Positions 40,599-54,658 of a stretch of DNA of 64,000 nucleotides are shown here, in pieces (the stretch's first letter is position 1; every line of letters starts with the position of its first letter). Origin of the DNA: Prasinococcaceae sp. CCMP 1430 (Eukaryota; Plantae; Prasinodermophyta); assembly GCA_013416795.1 (NCBI GenBank), contig RQSC01000012.1:258527-322526 (forward strand), read 5' to 3'. A program made the translations under genes and the position numbers. Below the pieces are notes generated by a model that worked only from the letters and a program-made list of their open reading frames with translations, was not told the origin of the DNA and searched no databases.

Positions 40599-41777
40599 TC
40601 ACAAGGAGCCCTCGCCCGCTTCTATCGCCTTAATGACGGCTGGCAGCTCGAGCACCGTCTTGACGACGAAGTTTGGCGCGTCGGCTCCGTCGGCCGGTGC
40701 TGCTTTTCCGGAGGCGTTCACCCACACACTCGCGAGCAGACCGGCGCCGTTGGCACCGGCGACATCGGCCGAGAGGCTGTCCCCCACGTGGATCGCCTCC
40801 GATGCAGTGACAGGACCGGCGCACCTTCGCAGCGCAGTCTCGAATATGGATTTGGAGGGCTTGTTCTCAGGCTGCTCGCCACTCACGATCGTGTGGCTCT
40901 CCGGGATGACAGAGGACATGCCCACGGCCGCGAGCTGCAAGAGCGCGAGTCAGCCCGGGCGCGCACAAGAACACACGCACGTGAGTGCGCGCACTCGAAA
41001 TTGGCACACCCGATGGTGACACACCACTCACAGCACATGGGCACCGAGTGCGGCCAGGGAGTGTGTGTATGCGCGTTCGCAAGGCAGGGGAAGATAGGGG
41101 TGCGCGCATCGGCCCGGAACGGCGCGCACCTTGTCGCGCTGTATACGCGATTCGCCGTTGGTGATGATCACGAGCTCGCGCCCTTGTGCCCTGAGCTCCG
41201 CGCACATCTCACTCACGCCCGGCAGCAGCTCCATTGCCGCCAATCGCGCGCCGTCAAACGCAGCCTGTATCCGCGCGCCCGCAGCGTCGGTGCGTCCGTC
41301 GTCCGATGTGGCTCCCTGCTCGCGCAGTGCATCGGCCCAAAAGCGGGCCCGCCATGTGTAGATGTCAACACTGCCGGGAGGGGGGAAGGGCGCTGCCTTC
41401 AGCTGAGCCTTGTAGGATGCCAGGAGCGCGCCGCGGTCAAGCGCGGGCAAGCAAGCCTCGCCGGCTGCAGGCGCGGAGGGTGAGCGTCAGCGCGATCGCG
41501 AGCGCGTTCGGATCGCGGGCAGACGCGCATGCGCGCAGGCGCGCATACGGTGCCCGCCGTGCGGACGCGACTCGGTCGCCTGAGCACGGAGCGCGCGAAC
41601 TTGGGGGGGGGGGGGGGCTGCGAGACCGCGCCCAGCGCGGACGCGGAGAATTGCGCCGTCCTCCCGCGCACCTGCAACGTCGATGGCCATCTGGTATGCA
41701 GGCCCATCAAACTGGGACGTGAGGCAGAGCGTGTCATCGAAGTCGAGGAAGATGGCGCGCACGCGCGGTGTTGACAT
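40599..41777 (-). CDS. HAD-superfamily hydrolase (NANP/HDHD4-like phosphatase), two introns
   Basis: Motif I FLDFDDTL, motif II IITNGESRIQRDK, motif III/IV ENKPSKSIF..IHVGDSLSADVAGANGAG. Confidence 0.9.
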
Positions 41778-42181
41778 GGCTCCACCGCACGCGGGGGGCT
41801 TGCCCGCGTGCGGTGTGACAGCTCTGCCAGTGCGCGACCACCGTGCTCACTTGAGCGCTAAGGCCAGAGCGAAATCCTCATCCACCAGGCGCCGCAAAGA
41901 AACCACGCCCTTCCCAGCGATGCCACGCAGCAGCGAGACGCCCTCGCTCGCGACGAGCGAGAGGAGCTCGGTCGCAGCTACGGGGCAGGAGGCGCCCGGG
42001 GCGGCGGCGGCGCGCTGTGTCCCCAGCACGCCCCGACGAAGGAAGGTTTGCGGAGCCGAGGCGCGGGACACGGTGGCACGTCGCACCCACGGCAAGCAGC
42101 ACCGTCGGGCGCAAGGTGTAATAAGACAAGGGAGTGTCTTTTATGGGGAACAAAAAATCGCGCCTCGTGCGCGTGGGCTGC

Positions 42182-43716
42182 TCACTGCTCCTTCGCGGCC
42201 AGGAAGGACGCGGTGTAGTTCGTGTAGAACTCCTTGAGCTTCGCCTCCGTGGCGTCGGTGATCTCGCCGTCCTTCTTGATGGTGTCGCAGATCGAGGGGT
42301 CAACCTTGGCGAGCGCGCCTTCCTCGAACGCAGCGATGTCGCTGATCTCGACGTTGTCAAGGTAGCCGCGCACGGCGCCGTAGATGACCACCACCTGCTG
42401 CTCGATCGGCATGGGCACGTACTGGCCCTGCTTGAGCACCTCAGTCAGACGAGCGCCGCGGTTGAGCAGGTACTGCGTGGCAGCGTCGAGGTCCGAGCCG
42501 AACTGCGCGAACGCCGCGACCTCGCGGTACTGGGCGAGCTCGAGCTTGAGCGAGCCCGACACCTGCTTCATGGCCTTCATCTGGGCGGCGGAGCCGACGC
42601 GGGACACGGACAGACCGACGTTGATCGCAGGGCGGATGCCGCGGTAGAACAGGTCGGTCTCGAGGAAGATCTGGCCGTCAGTGATCGAAATCACGTTGGT
42701 GGGAATGTACGCCGACACGTCACCGGCCTGGGTCTCGATCACGGGCAGCGAGGTCAGCGAGCCGAGGCCAGCCTCCTCCGACATCTTGGCGGCGCGCTCC
42801 AGGAGGCGCGAGTGCAGGTAGAAGACATCACCAGGGAACGCCTCACGACCGGGCGGGCGGCGCAGCAGCAGCGACATCTGGCGGTAGGCGACCGACTGCT
42901 TCGACAGGTCATCGTAGATGATCAGCGCGTGCTTGCCGTTGTCGCGGAAGTACTCGCCCATGGCGCAGCCGGAGTAGGGCGCAAGGAACTGCAGCGGCGC
43001 GGGGTCCGACGCGGTGGCCGCCACGATGGTGGAGTACTCGAGGGCGCCGGCGTCACCGAGCACCTTCATGAGCTGCGCCACGGTCGAGCGCTTCTGGCCG
43101 ACGGCCACGTAGATGCAGTACAGCTTCTTGGACTCGTCGTCGGTGTTGTTGACCGACTTCTGGTTGAGGATGGTGTCGATCGCAATGGCGGTCTTGCCGG
43201 TCTGGCGATCGCCGATGATCAGCTCACGCTGGCCACGGCCGATGGGCACCAGCGAGTCGACGGCCTTGAGGCCAGTCTGCATGGGCTCGTGCACCGACTT
43301 GCGCGCAATGATGCCCGGCGCCTTGAGCTCGACACGGCGCTGCGTCACGTCGCTGAGCGGGCCCTTGCCGTCAATGGGGATGCCGAGGCCGTCCACCACG
43401 CGGCCGAGCATGCCCATGCCCACCGGCACGTCCACAATGGAGCCGGTGCGCTTCACGACGTCGCCCTCGTTGATCTGGGTGTCCGAGCCGAAGCACACCA
43501 CACCGACGTTGTCGTTCTCCAGGTTGAGCGCCATGCCCTGCACACCCGACGCGAACTCAACCATCTCGCCGGCCTGCACCTTGGACAGGCCGTACACGCG
43601 CGCGATACCGTCACCGATCGACAGCACGCGGCCCACCTCGTCGACGTCGAGGCTGTCCTTGTAGTTCATCAGCTTCTCCTCGAGGATCGAGCTGATCTCG
43701 GCGGCGCCGGCGAAGC
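42182..43716 (-). CDS. atp1: Mitochondrial-type F1 ATP synthase alpha subunit, nuclear copy; presequence exon upstream unresolved
   Basis: Full alpha subunit with [33 protein letters not shown] and the mitochondrial-type [32 protein letters not shown]. It is preceded by a branch point GCTGAC and acceptor CAG at 43719-43717. Confidence 0.95.
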
Positions 43717-44881
43717 CTGTCGAGTCGAGCGTCACAGGCGTCAGCGCGGCCGTCCGCATGCGGAAGCGCGTCGCAAGCGCGCGGCGCAGGCGGTGCGCGC
43801 GGCGCGGGCGCGGGTGCGGGCGGAAGCGCTTTTAGGTTTGGACTGTTGGCGCCCGCGACGCCCGCGGCACTTGCGCGCCCCAGCGCCGAGATCGCCCGGG
43901 CGCGCAGGCGACGACCTGGGCTCCCTCCACGGTCGCGCGCCGATGCGCTCAAGGGCAGGGCCGCGCCGCTGGTCCCCGCCCACCCGCCGCCGCCCCACGC
44001 GCTCGGGGCTCCTGCCCCAAAATACTCGGGTGTGCCCGCGCGCAGAAAATGCGCCGTTTAGGGTTGGGACATGTGCCCGCTGCCCCGCACGACGCTGCGC
44101 GCGGCGGGCGCAGCGGCGCCTCGATGCAGGCATCGACGCGCGCGGGAGGCGGCACCAAGGGCGATCGAAAGCGGCGATGCGGCGCTGCCCTTTCCTCACT
44201 CCCGCGCACCCCGCCCTCGGACGCGCACACACACTCGCAGGCCCGATGCGCGCACGCGGCGCGACGCACCGCGCGAGGCCGCCACGGGCGCTGCTGCTGC
44301 AGCGGCGCCGNNNNNNNNNNNNNNNNNNNNNNNNNNNNNNNNNNNNNNNNNNNNNNNNNNNNNNNNNNNNNNNNNNNNNNNNNNNNNNNNNNNTGTGCCA
44401 GACGCGCGCGGCGCGCGCGCGGCGGGCCCGGGGCCGCGCGACGTCCATACCCCGGTCAGACCCTCGATCACACCCGGTCACCGCGGACGAAACGGGCTGC
44501 ACGCGCCTTCGAGCGCGCTCAGACCGGGGTGAGAAACCCCTCACACCCGGCGGGGACGACGCAGCGGCTCGCCCCCGCCGCCCGCCGCTCTTTTTGTTTG
44601 CGCGAACCTTTCCGCGGTTAAAATAAAAATAAAAATCTAAATCTAAATCGCCCCTTCCCTCGCCGGCAGCGCCGCGCGCGCGCGCCGCCTCGGCCGCCGA
44701 AGCACGGCACGGGTTCGTTCCGGAAGATGCTCGCGCGCGGTCGTTTTCGGCGGCGCGGGGCGGATCCGGATCGGGAGCGGGGTTCCGGAGCGCGTCCGGC
44801 GGCGGCGCCGCCNNNNNNNNNNNNNNNNNNNNNNNNNNNNNNNNNNNNNNNNNNNNNNNNNNNNNNNNNNNNNNNNNNNNN

Positions 44882-46822
<1,941 letters not shown>

Positions 46823-47046
46823 AGCACCTGCTGCCTGAGCGGTGGTAGGTAGGGGCGGGGTCGCACATTGGTGCCCCGCCCTCCCACCACCGCGAACGCA
46901 GCGGGACGCCTGCCCGCCAGGGTAGGCCTGCCTGGCCTCGCACCACACACAGCCCCCGACGCAGGACACGCCCCCGCCGCCCGCCTGACACTGCGCGCGC
47001 CGACGAGAGTCGGCGCTGCGCCGCAGCAGACGAGGCAGCGCGAACC

Positions 47047-47110
47047 AGCGCAATGACGGCCGGCCCCAAAACGCGTATGCGTGGGGACATGCGGCCTGAC
47101 AATGTGAGCT
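47047..47110 (+). promoter_or_regulatory. SECIS element (form 2) in the TrxR 3' UTR
   Basis: ATGAC (47053-47057), GGCCG/CGGCC and CCCC/GGGG helix II, unpaired AAA (47068-47070), ACGC/GCGT mini-stem, 3' TGAC (47097-47100), and a short helix I. It lies ~230 nt after the stop. Folded by eye. Confidence 0.85.
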
Positions 47111-47314
47111 CGCGACGCTCACGCTGGACTCGCGTGCGGAAGATCTCCTGGACGTGGGACGCGCCCCAGTGCGGTGCGCGCGCGCGCGCGCGCCGCCCAC
47201 TTGAGGTAACCCCTTGTTTCGCTTGTATTGGACGGCCGAGCTCCGCGCGCGCGTGCTTGCTCGCATAGGGAGTACATGTTTTGATACAGGAGGCACGAGC
47301 GCGCCGAGGCGCCC

Positions 47315-47786
47315 CTACGTCACGGGCGAGGTGTCTGTGAGCTTGACGTCGTCCCCCAAGAGCTCCGCCTGCAATGCGCGCACCTGCGCCGCGAGCGCCG
47401 CCCTGCGTTCGCGCAGCGGGCGCACGCCGGCCTCGATCGCCGCCAGCGTGGTCAGCTCACCGCCCAGCGTGTCTGCGTCCACCAGCTCCCTCTTGCCCAT
47501 GCCCCACTGCTTGACGCTGCGCACGAGCTCGTCGGCCTCCTGCGGGCTCGCGCACTCATAGGTGATCGTCTTGAGCACTGTGAGCGCGAGCGCGCGGCCG
47601 CTGTCCGACGCGTCTGCCCGGTACACCTCCGCGGAAGGGACGAACCAACCCCGCGCACCCCCGCCTTCGCAGCGGATGCCGTCCACAGACACCGTGAGCT
47701 CGCGCGGGCGCGGCTTGCTCTCCCCCTCCGCCGCCGCGCCCGCGCCCGCGCGCGCCGCGGTCACGCTGAACGTGCGCGCCGTCGCG
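47315..47786 (-). CDS. Hypothetical protein, C-terminal part (beta-rich segment + coiled coil); 5' end cut by the single-N join at 47787
   Basis: RELTVSVDGIRCE..ALTVLKTITYECASPQEADELVRSVKQW..LRERRAALAAQVRALQAELL looks coding, but I recognise no family. Confidence 0.45.
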
Positions 47787-48267
47787 NCCGTCCGTCGCAG
47801 GTGTGAGAGATTGAGTGTGGTCTCCCAAATCAAACTCCGGAACACATTTTTGGCTTTTTTTCCTTTTTTTTTGTTTTGCCCGCGTGGTGGTCGTCGGCAG
47901 GGCGGGCTGTTGCCGCGCGAACGGCGCTGCCGCGCTGCGCCCCCCGCCGCTGCGCCACAGAGCGCGCTCGGCGCGCGTGCCGGCGCCTGTCCGCCCCGCC
48001 TCGCTCGCCGGGATCCAGCGCGGAGGGACGGCGAGGGAAGAGGGCGGTGTCGGAGACGAGGGGGAAGTGGGGCAGGCGCGCGGCCGCGTGCGCCGCGCCG
48101 CGAGGCACCCGGGCGCGCGGAGAGGCCGGCGGCGCCAAGGAAGGGGGCCCGACTTGGGCAGGGAGGGGCGGGCGGGCATCGAGGCAGAGATCGCGCTGTG
48201 GTTTGGGGCTGTAGAGGGTTTGCGGACCAGGGTGAGGGTGGGGGGCTAATACTCTGCGACTGCGTCA

Positions 48268-48980
48268 ATGGCGGACGTTGAGGCGAGCGAACCGTTTGGG
48301 CCCCCGCTGGCCAGCGGGGAGCAACAGTCTGAGGGGCAGGCTGCGCAGCAGGCGAAGCAGTCGGCGCACCCACGCGTGCTCATGGCCCATGTGGTACGTG
48401 CGCGCCCTCAATGTCGCTGGCTGGACGAGCGGCGTCACTGCGCTCCCGCGCGCGGCGCTGACAACAGCCTGCTGCGCCGTGCTGCGCTGCGTCGCGCCTG
48501 TCGCCCGCGCAGCTGTTCAAGGGCGCCGCGCTGGCGTTCTACCTGCTGGGAACTCTGCTCTTTTCGTCCTACGTCCACGCCTTCGTGCTCGTGGGATTGT
48601 GCATGGGTGCCGACTTCTGGGTGACGCAAAATGTGAGTGGACGGCTGCTGGTGGGGCTACGCTGGTGGAACGAGGTCGCGGAGGATGGCTCGAGCGTATG
48701 GCGGTATGATTCGCTCAGCGACATGGGTCGGGTCAATTCGTATGACTCTACCGTGTTTTGGTGGACGCTGTACCTCTACCCCGGGGCGTGGATCGCCCTA
48801 TCGCTGATGGCGCTGTTCGGCCTCAAGTTTACGTGGCTGCTCATCGCCATGCTTGGCGTCATGCTCGGCGCCGCAAACACGATCGGATACACTCGGTGCT
48901 CCCGCGAAGCCAAGCAGCGCATCTCCAACCTCGCGAAAGAGACCGTCGTGTCGGGACTGCAAGCCGCGTTCAAGGGCTGA
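48268..48980 (+). CDS. TVP23: Golgi membrane protein TVP23/ECHIDNA (DUF846)
   Basis: SAHPRVLMAHV|LFKGAALAFY..ADFWVTQNVSGRLLVGLRWWNEV..FWWTLY..AANTIGYTRC. Confidence 0.95.
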
Positions 48981-49079
48981 GCAGCCGCGCGCTGTGGAGG
49001 TGCATGTATTATGTACACGCACACATACATGGTCGATTATACACAGGCGCGAGCGCCCACGGGACCGCGCTCGCGCCTG

Positions 49080-51420
49080 CTAGGCGCGCCGATCCCTCGG
49101 CGGCAAGGCCGCCTTCGGAAACGCGTGCGGCCTGCCCCGCGTCGGCACCCAGACGAAGCCCAGCTCGTCCAGCGCAGCACGCTCCGCATCGCTCAGCGTC
49201 CCCGCCTTGGCGCGGTCGCGCTGGTACTTGCACCAGCGCCCAAGCCTCGGGGTGGTGCTGGGCACGCGCGCGTGACCGTAGAGGTCACGAAACTGGCGCA
49301 GCTCCTTGAGCGAGCTCAGCCAACGCGCGGCGTCGGGGTCGAGCTCCGCGCCAACTGCGGCGAGCGCGGCGGCCTTGTCTGGCTTCAGAAGGCCAGCACG
49401 GTAGTCGTGGCGCATGCGCGCGAGAAAGGACGCCAGCTCTGGATCCTGTTTTTGCGTCACGAGCGTGTCGCCATGGCGCTCCCTGTAGGCGCGGAGCTCG
49501 TTGAGCCTGTCGCTGAAGGAGACCCACGTCCTTGTGCCGCCGCCCACTCCCTCGGGCATCTCTCGGCCGTGCGCTGCGTCACTCTTGCTGGGGCGCCCCA
49601 CCCTGCGCGCCGCGGCCCAGTCGTATCCCAGCGCGTCAAGCGAGGTCTTGCGATGCGTCGGCAGTCGCCCGGCCCTGTAGTCGCGTCGCATGCGCAGCGC
49701 CCAGCGTCCGATGCGCTCGGTGGGCGGCGGCAGCCCGGCGCCGGCAGGCGCGCCTGCGAGCCACTCCCGCAGTTCATGCACGCGACCCTGGAAGTGCGCT
49801 TCCGACGGCTCGGTCGACACGTCGATCCCCACACTCTTGAGCACGGGCGCCAGCAGTGCGAGCCGCACGGGGCCGAGGGTCGCCCTCCGCGCCGCCAGGC
49901 GGTTCGATGCCAGCCACGCGCTGAGCGCCTCCTGCTCTGCCGCCATGCTTATGCTCCCGGTGGCCCGCACGTGCGCCCTGAGCGCGTCGAGCCTTTCGAG
50001 CCACAGCTCGGCGTTGCTCATCAGGTAGAAATGGAGGTTCATCTCGGAGAGCAGCTCCCGCTTGGCGGACAGCTCCATGCCGGCGAGCGAGCAGTCTGCC
50101 TGCGCCTGGCCATCGGCGTCGGAGTCCACGTCGGACTCAGACAGCTCGACGCTACGCCGGAGGCGGAAGTACTCCTCGCGCGCGTCCGGCAGCAACGAGG
50201 CAATGGATGTCCACGCCATCTGGACCGACGCACTTCCGGCCGACGCGACGTCCGCGTACGAGGGTGGCACGCCCTCGCGCTCGAAGAACGCGTGCGTCCA
50301 CGGCCCCAGCCGCCGCAGGCTTGCGCGAAGCCTACCCCATCGCGCAGCCGCTTGCGCGTACGAAGCTTCGCCCTCCAGCGGCGATTGCTGCGAGGCGCGC
50401 TCGGGCGCGCCGGCGGGCCCGCCCCCTCCCGCGCTCGCCCGCGCTCGCGCATTCGGCGCCGCGTCGGAGGTGTCGACGGCGCCATCTGTTCCGGGACCAC
50501 CACCCGCGGCGGCAGCCGGAGGCGTGCTGCGGGCGGGGGGCGGGGCTCCTGCATCGCCGTCGCGGACCCTCCCGTCGCCGTCGCCCCCACCGCCAAGCTC
50601 ATCGAGCTCCTCGAACATGCCATCGATCCCCACGTCGAAGTCGAGCTGCTCCTCCAGCTCGTCGTCGGAGAAGAAGCCATCCTCGTCGTCGAAGTCGAGG
50701 TCGTCGTCGTCCTCCTCCTCCTCCTCCTCCTCCTCCTCCACGCCGGCATCGGCCACGCCGACACCACCAGCGCTGGCAGCGGCCGGGAGGTCGTCATCGC
50801 CGCGCGTTTGGGGCAGCACGCCCGCCTCGCGCAGGAACGCCTCGGCCGCCAGGCCGCTCGTGCGGATGCGCTCGCCCCTCGACGCGCTCCCGCCGCGGCT
50901 CGCGACCGCCGTGTGCATGAGGTACGTCACGAGGTCCAAGTCGAACGCCGTGTTGCTCCTGTGCACGTGTGAGAGCTCGAGCGCGCGTGCGATCTTGCGG
51001 CGCGTCTGCGGCGGCTTGGGGCGGCTGGCGAGGCGCCGGCGCTCCTCCGTCGCTCGCCTGCGCCGCTGCAGCAGCTCCTCGCATTGCTCGACCTCCCACG
51101 GGAAGTTGAGCTCGTCGAGCGCGGCCGCGCGCTCGGGCGCCAGGCGGCCCGCCGACCGTGCGTCGAGCTGGCGGCGGCACCAGCGCCAGAGCGGCGTGCC
51201 GCGCGGGGGGGCGCAGTGCCCGTGCTCCTCGCGGAACTCGCGCAGCTCTGCGAGGTTGCGCGCCCACCGCTCCTCGTGCGCGTCCCAGACGAAGCCGAGC
51301 GCGTCGAGAGCCTCGACCTGCGCTCGCGACAGCGCCCCGCGCTTGCGCGCACGGCGCTGCGCGAGCACCCATGCGGCCAGAGGGCTGCCCACGGGCGCGC
51401 GGCGCGGCGCTCGACGCCAG
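49080..51420 (-). CDS. Helicase-associated (HA) domain repeat protein, no helicase core
   Basis: About six repeats of the type W..Q R..G.L..ER..ALD.LGF.W / W...L.EL..F...HGH..VP, split by an acidic linker. The 5' end is unresolved. Confidence 0.8.
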
Positions 51421-53644
51421 CATCTGTTATTGCAGACTTTATCACATATCACAAAGTGGGTGGAAGCCCGTCCGCGCCGGCGGCCAGGTCGCGTGCCCGA
51501 GCAGTCCACGAGAGCCGCGCAGCATCAATTCCGCTGCGCGTCTGCGCGGCGCAAGCGGCGAGCGCGCGCCTCGCACAGTCCCGCTAGCACGTGGCGAAGC
51601 TGCGTCCACGTGCGGCGGCGCGTTNGGGGGGAGAGAGAGAGAGAGAGAGACGGCTGGAGGAACGGCAGCTCGAGGGAGGGAGGGAAAAATGGAGGGAGGG
51701 AGGGAGCTCGCGCCCCGCCAAGTCACCCCCTGCCCCCCTCCGCGCCCGACGGCGGCGCGGCGTGTGCCCTCCTGCAGTGCACTGCGCAACGGAGATGCAG
51801 CATGCCTGCATGCACCTCGGGTTTTAGGGTTTAAATCCCTCACCCTAAACCATGAACCCTAACATGGGGTCGTGCCGGCGCTCGCCGACCGCGACCGGCG
51901 CGCAACGCACTGCAATCGCATGTGAATGAACCGAAAGCTCTCCCGTGGGGTAGTTCAAAGAGCGCGTGCTTTGGGGGCGTTCGCTCCCAGCCTCTCGCAG
52001 CCTCCCGCGCTGCGCGTCGGTCACGGTGGTTGGTGGGTCGGTGGTTGGTGGGATCAATCCGCTTCGATCAATCAATCATCAATCATTGCGTCGATTTGAC
52101 TTCCGGACAGATGTCACAAGCAGCTCGCACGTTGCGGATGTTTCGCCTGCCAAATCCGGGGCGCCCGCGAACGCGCGCGGCGCGGATAGACGATATCGGC
52201 GCGCCGCCGTCGACCCCACGGTCTCAGTCCCAAGCGACCCCGGTCTCACGGAGATATCACGGTAAATCATCGGGATATGCCCAAAAGACCAGGTTCGAAG
52301 GCCGATCCTCGCGGATTGCCCCGAGTGCGCGGCGGTCGTGTGGGTGTGTGATGTACGTTGTACAGTATGTGCCAGGTGCCATGCGTGTGACTGTCTTCTG
52401 TGCGTGTGTGTCGGTGTCCGCTCTCTCTCCGCCGCGCATGTACGTCTGGCTGAGGATTGTATCCTCCGATGATTCAAAACTGGCTCTGAATGGATGTGCG
52501 TTGTTGCGTGAGCGGCTGGGATCCGGATCGGATCCTCCCTCCGCGTCGGTCGCCGGCCGCGGGCCGCTGATCCGCTCCTGGCCTGGCTGGCGGATCGCAG
52601 CGCCTGCCCTCGTTTCTGCGCACGCGCGCGCGCGCACAGGGGCGGCGGATCGCGGATCGCGCGCGGGCCGCTGCCTCGNCGGTTGTGCGACGCGGGGCCG
52701 CCACGCGCCTGCGTGCCAGGCGCGCGCGCGCGCGCGCGCGCAAAAGATCCCGCCGGCGACGGCCGACGCGCGCGAGGCACAGAGGCCCCGAATCGCCGCG
52801 CGCCACCCTCCGCGTGCACACATTCACCCACGGGAGACACTCCCCACGCGCCGCGCGCCCGTTTACGATTCGCATTGGCGGCAAACAGCGTCTCGCGCGG
52901 TCGCTTGTTTTCGGGCGCCGCGGGGGGGCGGCGCGCGCGCGGAATCCGATCCCGTGCGGGCGCCGAACCCGGTCTGAACCGGGGCTCTGACCGGGTTCGA
53001 TCGAAGGGCGCGCGCCTCCCGCCGTCGATCGATGGGAGGAGGCCGCGGGATGTGGCTCGCGCCGCCCGTCGCGACCCACATCTGGATCCGACACCCGCAG
53101 TCCGTCGCGGGCGGGTCGGAGGAATCACGCGAAGGAGGAGCAGATCTCATCAGTCTCTGCACGGACAGTAGTACTACTGACAAACAAACGATGTGCCCCG
53201 CACACCGCCCTATGAAACCCGGTTCGCTCGCGCGGTCGAACCGGGTCTTTCGGCGCTTTCCGCCGCCGTCCGAAGGAGCACACGGATTCCATTTTCCGGG
53301 GGTGGCGTTGGGATTCCGCGGGTGGGTTCCGGGTTCGGCGCGCGCGCGGCCCCCGCGGGTGACCAAAGCAGCCGACGGCCCGCGCGCGCGCGCGCGCGCG
53401 CGCGCGCGNNNNNNNNNNNNNNNNNNNNNNNNNNNNNNNNNNNNNNNNNNNNNNNNNNNNNNNNNNNNNNNNNNNNNNNNNNNNNNNNNNNNNNNNNNNN
53501 NNNNNNNNNNNNNNNNNNNNNNNNNNNNNNNNNNNNNNNNNNNNNNNNNNNNNNNNNNNNNNNNNNNNNNNNNNNNNNNNNNNNNNNNNNNNNNNNNNNN
53601 NNNNNNNNNNNNNNNNNNNNNNNNNNNNNNNNNNNNNNNNNNNN

Positions 53645-54626
53645 GGCGACGCGGGCGCGCCCGCGAGCGCCGTCCCCGCAGGCGACCAGCGCCCGTCCCG
53701 CGTGCTGCTCGTCGACGCGGAGGGCGCGGCGCGCGACGAGCTGCACGGCCTGCTTCGGAGCTGCTCGTACGCGAGCGTGCCCGTCTCGACCGCCGACGAG
53801 GCCGTCATCTTCCTCGCCTCGGGTGTCAACTTCGAGATCATGCTCTGCAGCACGGCGCTCGGCCAGGACTGCGTGTTCGACCTCATCAGGCGAGTGCGGG
53901 CCATGGACAACCACAAGGGGTGCGTGCGCGAGCGAGCGAGCGAGCGAGCGAGCGGGCGGGCGGCCGAGCGTGCGCGGCAGCGCGCGGCGCCCAGCCGCGG
54001 CGTCAGGGGAGGGGGAGGGGAGCGTCTGGAAGCGCCTCGAGTCCGCCCGCTGACAGCCGCCCTCGCCGGCAACGCGCGCGGCGCGCAGGCTGGCGATCGT
54101 GGTGATCGGCACCACGGAGGGCGTCAACGTCGCCGAGGTCACCGCGGCGCTCGACGCGGGGGCGTGCGAGTTCCTGTCCAAGCCGCTGGTACGCAGCGTC
54201 GTGTCCAACCTGTGGACGCACGCGTGGCGCAAGCAGCGCGAGGTCGCCAAGGATGAGGGCGGCGCGCGCGCGGGATTGGGCGCGGCCGGTCCCGCCGCCG
54301 GCGCGCCGACCGGGAACGGTGCCCCGCCCGCCAACGACGACAGCGAGAACACACACGAGGACGCGGCGGCGGGGGCGACCGCCGCCGCGGGCAACGCTGC
54401 TGCGCGCGGCACGAAGCTCGCCGTCTCGAGCGGTGCGGGCGGCGTCCTCGGGAACGGGCATGCGGCGAGGGCCGAGGGCGCGGGCGCGGGCTCGCGCTCG
54501 GGCGCCAGGCGGGCGGGCTCCAGAAGTGGGAGGAGAAGAAAAAGCGGCAGCGGCGCCGACGGTGGGGGGAGCGGCACGAGCATCGGCACTGGCGACGCGT
54601 CGGGCGCGGGGATGGCCGCCGTGCGG

Positions 54627-54658
<32 letters not shown>

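Noticed and set aside
42182-43716. atp1 as a NUMT or bacterial contaminant
   Set aside because: Nuclear-style GC3, a spliceosomal acceptor and branch point, and intron-containing neighbours argue for a functional nuclear gene.
52985-53010. GGTTCGA as a tRNA T-loop
   Set aside because: No cloverleaf or D-arm can be folded around it.
53380-53408. (CG)n runs as special Z-DNA elements
   Set aside because: They are ubiquitous in this genome's introns and intergenic DNA. Their position beside N gaps is explained by sequencing dropout.
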